Part shown: positions 1 to 8,245 of the stretch, piece after piece | Layout: every line of letters begins with the position of its first letter | Position numbering within the stretch: the stretch's first letter is position 1 | Origin: Candidatus Micrarchaeia archaeon | GTDB taxonomy: Archaea; Micrarchaeota; Micrarchaeia; Micrarchaeales; CABMGC01 | DNA length: 24,551 nucleotides | NCBI GenBank assembly: GCA_049976845.1 | Contig: JBMFHL010000010.1 | Span: 1-24,551, forward strand | Reading direction: 5' to 3' | Notes under the pieces: model-generated | Told to the model about the DNA's origin: nothing | The model's database searches: none | Seen by the model: the letters and a program-made list of their open reading frames with translations, nothing else | Program-made: the position numbers and the translations under genes

Positions 1-663
1 AAACTATCTTTGGAAGGCGTGCCGCCAGAAACCCGCGCTGCCGATTCTAAGACAATGTCAACAAAGTTTCTCAGGCCGCTGCCAGGCGGTTCAAGGATGT
101 ATCCGGAGACGGACGCAAATCCTATACTGCTTGATGCTAAAAAATATGATATTCTTGTAAAAAATGCCCCTGATATAGATAAAGTTGCATCGGATCTCAG
201 GGACAAGATAGGCAATCCGCAAATAGCAGACCAATTGCTAAAGTCTACAAAGCTTCAGAGCTTCTTCAATATAATCAAAGATTCAAATGCCAATCCTGCT
301 CTTGTTGCCACGATACTGGTTGAAAAGATGAAGGAGCTCAAGCGTTTAGGCATTAATACAGATTCTATAAGCGATGAAGTGCTATCATGCGTATTCTCGA
401 GATATAAGGCACGCATAATAACAAAATCGGGCATAGAAGAAGTAATCAAAGCAGTTCCTCAAGAATGCAGCGACGTTGATTCAATAATAGAGGAAAAAAA
501 GCTTGTAAGAATATCTGGAGACGAACTCATAGCTTTGATAAAAGAGGAGGCGAAAGGGCTTAATGATAAGAGTATTATAATTAACCGGATAATGTCAAAG
601 CACAGGCTCAATATAGATGGCGAAGAGCTGGGAGAGCTTGTAAATGTTATGTTAAGAAAATAA
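1..663 (+). CDS. gatE: Glu-tRNA(Gln) amidotransferase subunit E, 3' part (5' truncated by window)
   Basis: Frame open from base 1; GVPPETR...FLRPLPGGSRMYPETD motif typical of GatE, followed by a helical C-terminal tail domain. Confidence 0.93.
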   Translation, partial: KLSLEGVPPETRAADSKTMSTKFLRPLPGGSRMYPETDANPILLDAKKYDILVKNAPDIDKVASDLRDKIGNPQIADQLLKSTKLQSFFNIIKDSNANPALVATILVEKMKELKRLGINTDSISDEVLSCVFSRYKARIITKSGIEEVIKAVPQECSDVDSIIEEKKLVRISGDELIALIKEEAKGLNDKSIIINRIMSKHRLNIDGEELGELVNVMLRK

Positions 664-672
664 GGTGCTTTT

Positions 673-1365
673 ATGAAATATACTATTGCTGGAAATTCAA
701 TGCAATCCCTTGACATAGAGCTTGATGAAGGGGAGAAAGTATATGGTGATTCTGGAAAGCTTGTGAGCAAGAGCGAAAACGTCATAATGACTCCACGCCT
801 TGTCGGCGGCATAGTTGGTGCAGTCGAAAGGAAATTCACCGGTGCTTCGGCGCTTCTTACAGAGTTTATGCCCAAAGACAATAAAGGCATAGTTTCAATG
901 GCCGGCGCAATGCCCGGCAAGATAAAAAACATAGACCTCGCAGAAGGAGACTCGTTTATAGCCGAGCACTACGCATTCTTGGCGGCAGAAGACTCGGTGA
1001 AGTTTTCAATGCAAGCAATAGGGATAAGCGCAGCCTTCTTCGGCGGAGCTGGATTGCTTCTGCAAAAATTTGAAGGCCCAGGAAGCGTCTTTATACACAC
1101 GGTTGGCGATATAATCGAATACAGCCTTGATGGGTCCACCGCGCTTGAAGTTGATCCTGGCCATATAGCAGGATTTGATTCAACGCTCAGCTACAAAATC
1201 CGCTTTGTGGACAACATAAAAACCGCCATGTTTGGTGGCGTAGGCTTATTTCTCGCAAAGTTTACAGGCAAAGGCAGGGTAATACTCCACAGTGTTTCAA
1301 GATTCAAATTATCCTCTGAAATTTATCTGGAAGGCTTGGCGCAGAATAAGAGCAACAAGAAATAA
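673..1365 (+). CDS. AIM24 (DUF124) family protein
   Basis: MKYTIAG..MQSLDIEL..GE start, FFGGAGLLLQKFEGPG, VDPGHIAGFD, MFGGVGLFLAKFTGKGRVILHS; AGGTG SD upstream. Confidence 0.9.
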   Translation: MKYTIAGNSMQSLDIELDEGEKVYGDSGKLVSKSENVIMTPRLVGGIVGAVERKFTGASALLTEFMPKDNKGIVSMAGAMPGKIKNIDLAEGDSFIAEHYAFLAAEDSVKFSMQAIGISAAFFGGAGLLLQKFEGPGSVFIHTVGDIIEYSLDGSTALEVDPGHIAGFDSTLSYKIRFVDNIKTAMFGGVGLFLAKFTGKGRVILHSVSRFKLSSEIYLEGLAQNKSNKK

Positions 1366-1418
1366 ACTGCAAATGCTCAAAAGCAGAAAAATAAAGACAA
1401 GAAAAACGCAGCGTCAGC

Positions 1419-1775
1419 TCATTTGTATATAGAGTGGTATTCAGTGCCAGTGTCGTCTACTATAGTTATGCACTCGCCTTCGCATTCTATCAGGCATGCT
1501 TGGCACAATATGCATGCATCTCCATTGACAGCAACAGACATGCCTCCGCTCCCATTGGCATATTTCTCAGCAAAATGGTTGTGGCCATCTTGTACCTTTG
1601 ACCATTTTTCTACTATAACTGGATCGCTTTTTCCATTCCATTGCTGCTCTGCAGGCGCAGCATCGCTGTTTACATCACTAGCACTTCTATCTTTCATTTC
1701 GAATACCGCAACTGGGCACACATCATGGCAATGAGCACACCCTGTGCACTTAGGCTTGTCAACCCATACCTTCAA
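1419..1775 (-). CDS. 2[4Fe-4S]-type ferredoxin with long insertion
   Basis: CTGCAHCHDVCP and CILCQACLIEC motifs; TTG start preceded by GGTGA. Confidence 0.88.
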   Translation of the reverse strand: MKVWVDKPKCTGCAHCHDVCPVAVFEMKDRSASDVNSDAAPAEQQWNGKSDPVIVEKWSKVQDGHNHFAEKYANGSGGMSVAVNGDACILCQACLIECEGECITIVDDTGTEYHSIYK

Positions 1776-1865
1776 TAAATCACCAATTACATTATATACA
1801 AGGAAAATAATATATTTATATATAAAAACTCTGCTGTTGCAAAATTAACATCTTCTACAACAATT

Positions 1866-1962
1866 TAAAATAAAAATAAAAGGGCGCCAACAGGGCGCCT
1901 TGACCAAAGGCGAATCTGTATCTTCAAGCACTGCTTCGCCTTATCTACTGTCGGGCTCCTTG
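1866..1962 (-). terminator. GC-rich structured 3' element / terminator downstream of the uL1-uL10-P1 operon
   Basis: AAGGCGAA/TTCGCCTT stem (1907-1942), GGCGCC/GGCGCC hairpin (1883-1899), then a long T-rich tract on the minus strand. Confidence 0.55.
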
Positions 1963-1965
1963 GAA

Positions 1966-2265
1966 TCAGCCAAAGAGGCTTGCAAGTCCTCCTGCGGCTT
2001 CTTCTTCGCTCTTCTTCTCCTCAGCGATCTCTTTCTTTTCCTCTTTTGCTTCTTGCTTTGCAGCAGCCTGTGGAGCAGCAACCTGTACGTTCTGCGCGTT
2101 CTTTATAACGTCTTTTATGTTTACTCCCTTCAGTGATGTGACCACAGCCTTAGCCCTGGCCTCGTCCGGCTTTATTCCAGCCGCTTTCACTACCTCAAGC
2201 AAATTCGCTTCGTTTATTTCTTTTCCGGCTGCATCAAGCAAAAGTGCAGCATATATATATTCCAT
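1966..2265 (-). CDS. rpl12: 50S ribosomal stalk protein P1 (aL12)
   Basis: [10 protein letters not shown] start, Ala-rich hinge, acidic tail ending GLASLFG. Confidence 0.97.
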   Translation of the reverse strand: MEYIYAALLLDAAGKEINEANLLEVVKAAGIKPDEARAKAVVTSLKGVNIKDVIKNAQNVQVAAPQAAAKQEAKEEKKEIAEEKKSEEEAAGGLASLFG

Positions 2266-2275
2266 ATTTTCACCT

Positions 2276-3112
2276 TTATTTAGTATTATCCTCTGCCGCT
2301 TTTATGTTAAGGGCTTCAGCAACAGCATTCGCTATGAGCATTTCTACTACTCCTGGCTCATAAGCTTTTGTCATTATGCCAAGGCCTAACGCGCCAAGGT
2401 AAGCCTTCTTTATCAGCGCGCCCACATTGAACTCTGTAACATAACCCATATCCAAGGTAAGCGCATATGCGCCAGCAAACGCAACAGCAATATCTTTCGA
2501 GACACTCTCGCTGTTTATGCTAAGCACCTCTGAATTGAAAAGCACGCCTTCTGAAAGGGCCCCTTTAAGCGTCGGAGCAACCTCAAACGGCGTTATATCA
2601 AGCATCCTAAGTGCCTTTGAAACTGCTGTACTTATCTTAGCGCCCTTCTGGACAAGCACCTTGCCTTTTGATATAATCACTTTGCCCTTCTGTATCTGGA
2701 CATCTATGCCTGCTGCCTTGAGGTCTGTTACTCCTTGGCCTGGAGGTATAGCCGTTTCTCCGGCTTCTATACTTATACTATCAATCGCTATCTGGTTGGG
2801 CTTTGCCGCAAGCTTGAGCTTGTTTGAGCTTATGCTGCTGTAAAGGTCAAGCGGCTCCTTATTTGAAAGTATAAGCGCAGAGTCCCCTGTAATATAATCG
2901 GCAAGCTTTGATAGATTTGCATCGCCTTCTACTGCTTTTAGCAGTAGGTTTCTCCTTGCTATAACAACTTTTGTATCTGATCTCAACTGGTTCCTTATCC
3001 TCTGCAGGAGCCTGTCAGGTATGCTCTCCAAAGGCATTACCCCAATTGTCTTATACTCTTTTATCTCCTGCTTCAGCTTTTTAACATATTCAATTTTTTG
3101 TGCCTTTAACAT
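2276..3112 (-). CDS. rpl10: 50S ribosomal protein uL10 (P0), C-terminally short
   Basis: [29 protein letters not shown] motifs; lies between uL1 and P1. Confidence 0.95.
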   Translation of the reverse strand: MLKAQKIEYVKKLKQEIKEYKTIGVMPLESIPDRLLQRIRNQLRSDTKVVIARRNLLLKAVEGDANLSKLADYITGDSALILSNKEPLDLYSSISSNKLKLAAKPNQIAIDSISIEAGETAIPPGQGVTDLKAAGIDVQIQKGKVIISKGKVLVQKGAKISTAVSKALRMLDITPFEVAPTLKGALSEGVLFNSEVLSINSESVSKDIAVAFAGAYALTLDMGYVTEFNVGALIKKAYLGALGLGIMTKAYEPGVVEMLIANAVAEALNIKAAEDNTK

Positions 3113-3120
3113 GCAAACAC

Positions 3121-3756
3121 CTACATTATCCTCATAGGCTTGCTCATGCTGAGCTTAACGTATGCGGATCTTATATGGTTCTGGCTGACTTTCTTTATAA
3201 TGCTATTCAATACCTCTTTCACATTGCCAAATATCTCTTCTGGCTTCATGTCTTCACTGCCAACAACGCAGTGCACTGTAGGTAGAAACCTTCCCTTGCT
3301 CTTTATAATTATCCTCTTAGTAACATTTGCAGCAAAACTCGAAAGATCCTCATTTCCAAATATAGGCTTTGGCATCTTGCCTCTCGGTCCAAGGAATTGC
3401 CCAAGGCGCCTCGCTATATCCGGCATAAGGTTGGGCTGCGCAAGCAGCTCATAGTTAAGCAGTGAATTGAGTTTCGTCTTGTCTGTGGCGATGTTATCAA
3501 TCTTGCTTCCGTCAAATACTTCTATATTATTCTTCTGCGCCAATTCTATAAGCGGCTTGTCAGTGGCAAATATTGCAACCTTCCCGGATTTTCCTTTCCC
3601 ATAAGGCAGCAAAACTTCAAGGTTTAATCTGTTGTCCTGCTTGTTGAAATCGAGGCCTTTGAAATTTATTGCCAACTCGACGCTCTGCTTGAACTTCCTC
3701 TTGCCCTTCTCTTCGCTAATAAACTTTGCAAATTCGTCAAACTTATCCTCTAGCAT
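3121..3756 (-). CDS. rpl1: 50S ribosomal protein uL1
   Basis: KRKFKQSVELAINFK, LGQFLGPRGKMPKP, YVKLSMSKP motifs. Confidence 0.97.
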   Translation of the reverse strand: MLEDKFDEFAKFISEEKGKRKFKQSVELAINFKGLDFNKQDNRLNLEVLLPYGKGKSGKVAIFATDKPLIELAQKNNIEVFDGSKIDNIATDKTKLNSLLNYELLAQPNLMPDIARRLGQFLGPRGKMPKPIFGNEDLSSFAANVTKRIIIKSKGRFLPTVHCVVGSEDMKPEEIFGNVKEVLNSIIKKVSQNHIRSAYVKLSMSKPMRIM

Positions 3757-3761
3757 TTAAA

Positions 3762-3800
3762 TCCCTCCTGCAATGATGCAGTGCTTGCGGGAAAACAAGC
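3762..3800 (-). promoter_or_regulatory. Putative uL1-binding autoregulatory leader overlapping the rpl1 SD
   Basis: mRNA UCCC-GCAAGCA-CUGCA(UCAU)UGCAG-GA-GGGA; the GGAG and GNNANNAC strands resemble known L1 sites. Confidence 0.65.
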
Positions 3801-3826
3801 GATATTGTAAGCTATATGTAAGAAAA

Positions 3827-3846
3827 TATATAAAAAGCTTCTTTTC
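3827..3846 (-). promoter_or_regulatory. TATA box with purine-rich upstream element for the rpl1 operon
   Basis: TTTATATA on the minus strand at 3827-3834, predicting a start near 3802, just before the leader. Confidence 0.55.
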
Positions 3847-3862
3847 ATGGTGAACAATATTG

Positions 3863-5173
3863 TCATATCTCAAATTCAGCTCCAAGGGTCGGCACATGTG
3901 TCTCATAATGCTTTGACATCGCCTTTGCAAGCTCCTCAGACTTCCCCTGCTCTCCATGCACAATGAATATCTTCCTAAGCCCTTTTATGCTGCCTATAAA
4001 TCTCTCCAGCTGTGGTCTATCCGCATGTGCAGACAAATGATACTGTTCTATTGACATGTTTATCTTAACTTTTCTGCCATTTATTGTAAGTTCCTTGGCG
4101 CCATCTGCAAGCGCCCTGCCACCAGTGCCTTCTGCCTGGTAGCCGACAAGAATTAATTTATTGAGTTCATTTCCTGCAAGCTTTTCTATATATTTCATTA
4201 CAGGCCCTCCAGTTATCATGCCGCTTGTTGTAACTATTATGCATGCTTCCTGGCTGTTCATCACCTTGCTCCTCTTCTGCCTTGTATCTATGGGGTAGAA
4301 ATTATCGCTCTTGAATGGGTCATCTTCGCTCATCAGTATCCTCTTCTGCAATTCGTCCCTGCAATAAATTACATTGTGCCTGTGTATGCGCATCGCTTTG
4401 TTTATCATTCCATCTACGTATATGGGAACTTTCTGCAAAAGACCAGAGTGTATATAATCGTCAAGAACAAAGAGCACCTCCTGTGCCCTACCAACTGCAA
4501 AGCTCGGCACTATTATCTTTCCCCCCTTGTTTATCGTCTCCTTAATGCTTGCCAGCATTGCATTTAGCTGAGAGCGCTCCGGAGGAAATATATCCTTCTC
4601 ACCGCTGTATGTGCTCTCAGTTATGAGTGCATCTGCATGCAGGTGCTCGGTATAAGCTCCATCAAGGAGCCTGGTTTTTCTAAGATTCACATCTCCAGTA
4701 TACAATACTCTTTTTCCATTGCCCTCAACTTCTGTGAGTGCGCTGCCTAGTATATGCCCTGCTGGAAGAAGTTTAACCTTCAATCCTTTTATGCTGAATT
4801 CCTTGTGGTATTCAACTATCTTGTAGCCTCGCTGGAGGCGCGAAAGACCCTCCTTGGTCACATTCTTCGGATTTGATATCTTCATATAGTCGCTTATGAG
4901 CACGTTTGAAAGCTCAAATGTCGGCTTGGTAGTATATACAAATCCCTTCCATCCTGTAGAGAACACGTGCGGCAAGTAGCCCATATGGTCCAAATGCGCA
5001 TGCGATATTATTATTGCATCAATACTCTTTAGTTCTTCATCACTTATTATCGGATACTCCTCTTTCTCTCCGAGTTTTACCCCGCAGTCGAGAAGAATCT
5101 TCGTACTATTGTCTTCTATCATTATGCAGCTCCGCCCAACTTCATGGGCAGCGCCAAAAAATTTTACTTTCAC
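3863..5173 (-). CDS. Beta-CASP metallo-beta-lactamase ribonuclease (aCPSF1-related, no KH domains)
   Basis: EVGRSC, SHAHLDH, AGHILGSA, ESTY, FAVGRAQE, TSGM..GGP, GYQAEGT, SAHADR, VHGE; GTG start with AGGTG SD. Confidence 0.93.
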   Translation of the reverse strand: MKVKFFGAAHEVGRSCIMIEDNSTKILLDCGVKLGEKEEYPIISDEELKSIDAIIISHAHLDHMGYLPHVFSTGWKGFVYTTKPTFELSNVLISDYMKISNPKNVTKEGLSRLQRGYKIVEYHKEFSIKGLKVKLLPAGHILGSALTEVEGNGKRVLYTGDVNLRKTRLLDGAYTEHLHADALITESTYSGEKDIFPPERSQLNAMLASIKETINKGGKIIVPSFAVGRAQEVLFVLDDYIHSGLLQKVPIYVDGMINKAMRIHRHNVIYCRDELQKRILMSEDDPFKSDNFYPIDTRQKRSKVMNSQEACIIVTTSGMITGGPVMKYIEKLAGNELNKLILVGYQAEGTGGRALADGAKELTINGRKVKINMSIEQYHLSAHADRPQLERFIGSIKGLRKIFIVHGEQGKSEELAKAMSKHYETHVPTLGAEFEI

Positions 5174-5181
5174 TTTAACAC

Positions 5182-5868
5182 CTAATTACTTTCTATATCT
5201 TCATTTTCTTCTGCACTATTGTCAGAATTGTTTCCATTTTTTTCTTTTATTATTGCTATATCAGCAAGGCTTATCTCCTGCTGCTTTGGAGCACTCCTTT
5301 GCCTTTCCCTCTGCGGCCTGGAACTGCTTCTTCCCATCGTGCTCCTAAGATTAGAATATAACTCATCAAGCTTCTTCTCAGACTCTTTTATGAGCTTCTC
5401 TTTCTCCTCTATCTGCTTCGAAAGATCTTCAATATCCGAGCCTATCAATTCAACCCTCTTTTTGAGCCTCCTGCTCTTTATTGCATGGTCTAGCTCAGCG
5501 TCAACCTCGTTGATCCTCCTTACTAAATCCTTCTCAGCGTTTAATGTAGACGCCTCCGTAGAAATCTTGAATTCGAGCTTTTCCTTAAGCCTTATCAAAT
5601 ATCCTATCTTTCTTCCATTATCCTTATCCATCTCAACCAATTTGGAGAGGGCAGCCTGCTCTGCTTTTTTGAAACTAAGCCTTCTCCTTATCCTCTTTAC
5701 ATCGTCTATCATCCCAAACCTTCTCTTTTTCTCCTCATCTATGCTCTTCTTTATAAGCTCTGCCTTCTCATTAACAGGAGCACTTGGAGTGGCATTGGCA
5801 TGTACAGAGGTATCTTTAGCAGAAGTTTCCGCCTTGGCTTTTTCATCTAAATCTTTTCTATCTGTCAG
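5182..5868 (-). CDS. Archaeal coiled-coil protein (COG1340-like); start either CTG 5868 or ATG 5712
   Basis: LEFKISTEASTLNAEKDLVRRINEV motif and K/E-rich heptads; frame stays open upstream of 5712 to a CTG overlapping the GT4 stop. Confidence 0.7.
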   Translation of the reverse strand: MTDRKDLDEKAKAETSAKDTSVHANATPSAPVNEKAELIKKSIDEEKKRRFGMIDDVKRIRRRLSFKKAEQAALSKLVEMDKDNGRKIGYLIRLKEKLEFKISTEASTLNAEKDLVRRINEVDAELDHAIKSRRLKKRVELIGSDIEDLSKQIEEKEKLIKESEKKLDELYSNLRSTMGRSSSRPQRERQRSAPKQQEISLADIAIIKEKNGNNSDNSAEENEDIESN

Positions 5869-7043
5869 TAAATCGCCTTGTAGTCATTTAAGATTTTATT
5901 GTAAACCTCTAGCAATCTATCAGTTACCTTCGGAACTGAGAACCCGCTTGCAAAGGCAACAGCATTTCTCTTATATACGCTAGAATTATTTAAAACCTTT
6001 TCTATCTTGCTTGCACATTGCAGGTAATCGCCTGCCTTGAACTTTTCTCCATTATAATTATTCTTTATCATCTCTTTAAGTGCGAGATAATCTGAGCCAA
6101 CTACAGGTTTTCCGCTTGCCATCGCCTCTAATGCGACAATGCCCTGAGTCTCAAATGTCGAGGGCATGCACAAAAGGTCTGACATAGCATAGTATTTCGG
6201 CAACGCGCCTTCGCTTGCAAATCCAGCGAATTTCACTTTATCCCCAAGCTTGAGCTTGTTTGCGAGTGTCATATAATACTTCATCGCAGGTCCCGTGCCC
6301 ACTATGACAAATTTCACATTATCCCTTTTCTTTGAAAGCACCTTTGCCGCCTTTAGCATAACCTCTATCCTCTTTTCTTTGCTTATGCGCCCAACATACA
6401 GCACAACTCTCTCATTATCCTTCAATCCAAGCTTGTCCCTTATTGTGTCACCGTTTATTTTAGTGTTGAAGCGCTTCATGTCAACGCTGTTTGGCACCAC
6501 TTCAATATTCTTCATGCCTTGCTTTGCCAAAAGTTCCTCTATAGTTTTTGTAGGGACAATTGCCTTATCGCACTTTCTATAGAAAAATTTGGTATAACTC
6601 CAGAGATATTTGCTTGTGAACTTTTTAAGTGTCTTATTTTTCGGATAATACTCGTCGAGAACCTTTGAGTTGTTTACAAGCGTGTGAAATGATCCTATAA
6701 TAGGGTATTTCATTAGCTTTGATATGGTAAGTGCTGTGAATCCCATGAAGAATGGGGTTTGTGCATGCACAACATCAATATTTTCGGCTTGAAGCTTCAG
6801 TATAGTATGATAAGGGAAGAATGCAAGCTTGTACTGCGGATAGGGCTTGAACTTTATGCCCTGCATTATAAAAACATGGCTGTTCGAATACACCTTTTTA
6901 GAGTCTGCATCCCCACTCGCAAATATGTAAACTTCGTGACCCCTGTTCTCAAGCTCTCTCTTGAAATTCAGCATAGAAGTAACTACGCCATCTATAGCGG
7001 GCAGATACGTATCAGTATAAAATGCCACTTTTATTTTATCCAT
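5865..7043 (-). CDS. GT4 (GT-B fold) glycosyltransferase
   Basis: FYTDTYLPAIDGVVTS, HAQTPF, YVGRISKEK, PSTFETQGIVALEAMASGKPVV. Confidence 0.93.
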   Translation of the reverse strand: MDKIKVAFYTDTYLPAIDGVVTSMLNFKRELENRGHEVYIFASGDADSKKVYSNSHVFIMQGIKFKPYPQYKLAFFPYHTILKLQAENIDVVHAQTPFFMGFTALTISKLMKYPIIGSFHTLVNNSKVLDEYYPKNKTLKKFTSKYLWSYTKFFYRKCDKAIVPTKTIEELLAKQGMKNIEVVPNSVDMKRFNTKINGDTIRDKLGLKDNERVVLYVGRISKEKRIEVMLKAAKVLSKKRDNVKFVIVGTGPAMKYYMTLANKLKLGDKVKFAGFASEGALPKYYAMSDLLCMPSTFETQGIVALEAMASGKPVVGSDYLALKEMIKNNYNGEKFKAGDYLQCASKIEKVLNNSSVYKRNAVAFASGFSVPKVTDRLLEVYNKILNDYKAIY

Positions 7044-7108
7044 AAAACCAGAATCACTAACATTTGTTTGTTACTTTCAAATTTAAAATATAAATGCGCA
7101 GCTCGTTA

Positions 7109-7537
7109 TTAGGCTTCCTTATCTTCATGCACCGCTTCTCCAAATACTACTGCTTCTCCTCCCGATTTCTTGATCTTTTCAATCGCCCTTTTTGAAAAGC
7201 CAGAAGCTTTGACGATGGCAGATTTCTCCATGTTTCCGTCTCCTAGCACTTTATAGCCCCTAAGCTCTAGAGTGGGCCTGCTTTCGCCTGATTTAATAGC
7301 AAGCTTTGAAACTCCCTGCAAATCCATTTCCTTAAGCTTCTTCTCCCCCCAATGCGTGAATCCCTTTCTTCCCACATTATATTTTTCATATACCACTATA
7401 TGCGTAAATTTATGCTTCCTGCCTCCCTTGCCTACGCCGCCCCTGTCTCCAGCACCTCTCCTATTTTTTATATTTCCAGCGCCCCAGCTGCGCGAGCCAA
7501 AGTACTTTCTTTTCTTCTTCTCCTGTCTAATTACCAT
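7109..7537 (-). CDS. rpl15: 50S ribosomal protein uL15
   Basis: GSRSWGAG..KNRRGAGDRGGVGKGG; KVLGDG; FSKRAIEKIKKSGG. Confidence 0.95.
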   Translation of the reverse strand: MVIRQEKKKRKYFGSRSWGAGNIKNRRGAGDRGGVGKGGRKHKFTHIVVYEKYNVGRKGFTHWGEKKLKEMDLQGVSKLAIKSGESRPTLELRGYKVLGDGNMEKSAIVKASGFSKRAIEKIKKSGGEAVVFGEAVHEDKEA

Positions 7538-7541
7538 AATA

Positions 7542-7973
7542 TCACATCATTCTTTTTATGAGGTCGTTGATCTTCTCCCCCCTGTATCCTAGCGATCCGC
7601 TTGTAGAGAAGCTTTTCTTTATATGCTCATAGCCATGCTTTGGCGGCTTCATGCCTATTGGCATCCCTATTGACAATTCCTTTGCGCTTTTCTTGCCAGT
7701 GAACAAATCATTAATTTTATCCTCATCTACTTCTATGCCCTTCTTCTGGAGCAGCTTTCCAACCACTTCCTTGCTGGCCTCTCCATACGTAACATAGTCA
7801 TTGCACTTATTTATCATTCCCAAGCTTGATTTTGTTGCGTGTACAAGCACTAGGTTGTTTACTCTGTTTAGGTTGAGTCTCTTGAGCGTCTCGCTTATAC
7901 TGTGCCTTACGTTTACCCTGCCTCTTACTCTTATAACTGCAAGCAGTTTATTTTCAAGGTCTTTCTTTGCCAT
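7542..7973 (-). CDS. rpl30: 50S ribosomal protein uL30 (archaeal long form)
   Basis: LAVIRVRGRV, TLKRLNL, DYVTYGE, PPKHGY, GSLGYRGEKINDLIKRM. Confidence 0.96.
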   Translation of the reverse strand: MAKKDLENKLLAVIRVRGRVNVRHSISETLKRLNLNRVNNLVLVHATKSSLGMINKCNDYVTYGEASKEVVGKLLQKKGIEVDEDKINDLFTGKKSAKELSIGMPIGMKPPKHGYEHIKKSFSTSGSLGYRGEKINDLIKRMM

Positions 7974-8177
7974 AAAAACACGATATAATAAAGTGTAATA
8001 TTATTTATTTGAAAAGGTTTTTAACTCTTGTGAGCAAATGCAGCACAAAACATCTACAGATTAGTAATTGCATCACGAAGATATTTAACCTTTTGTTTTG
8101 GTCTTGGCATCTAGCTCTTAAAGTCGTTTCGATTATTTCAAAAAGAAAAAAGCATAGCTTTATATATATTTACTTAT

Positions 8178-8216
8178 ATATCTTAAATAGATATCTTAAA
8201 ACGATATCTTAAATAG
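8178..8216 (+). repeat. Three tandem 13-bp repeats (ATATCTTAAATAG / ATATCTTAAAACG / ATATCTTAAATAG), probable operator of padR
   Basis: Read directly; between the TATA-rich tract at 8159-8169 and the padR start. Confidence 0.8.
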
Positions 8217-8245
8217 GTATATGAAATAGTAAAAATGTGATAAAC

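Noticed and set aside
1926..1962. Second uL1-binding site (CAAGGAGCC...GGCGAAGCAGUGCUUG)
   Set aside because: Loop strand does not match the G..A..AC pattern and the fold competes with stronger helices
1907..1968. SECIS element / Sec readthrough of the P1 TGA
   Set aside because: P1 ends at its canonical LFG, a TAG follows six codons later, and the hairpin does not fit the archaeal SECIS GAA/A geometry
5219..5983. 254-aa plus-strand ORF
   Set aside because: Antisense shadow (Ser/Phe/Leu-rich) of the K/E-rich coiled-coil gene
8178..8216. CRISPR or iteron interpretation of the 13-bp repeats
   Set aside because: Units are too short, have no spacers, and no cas or replication gene is nearby
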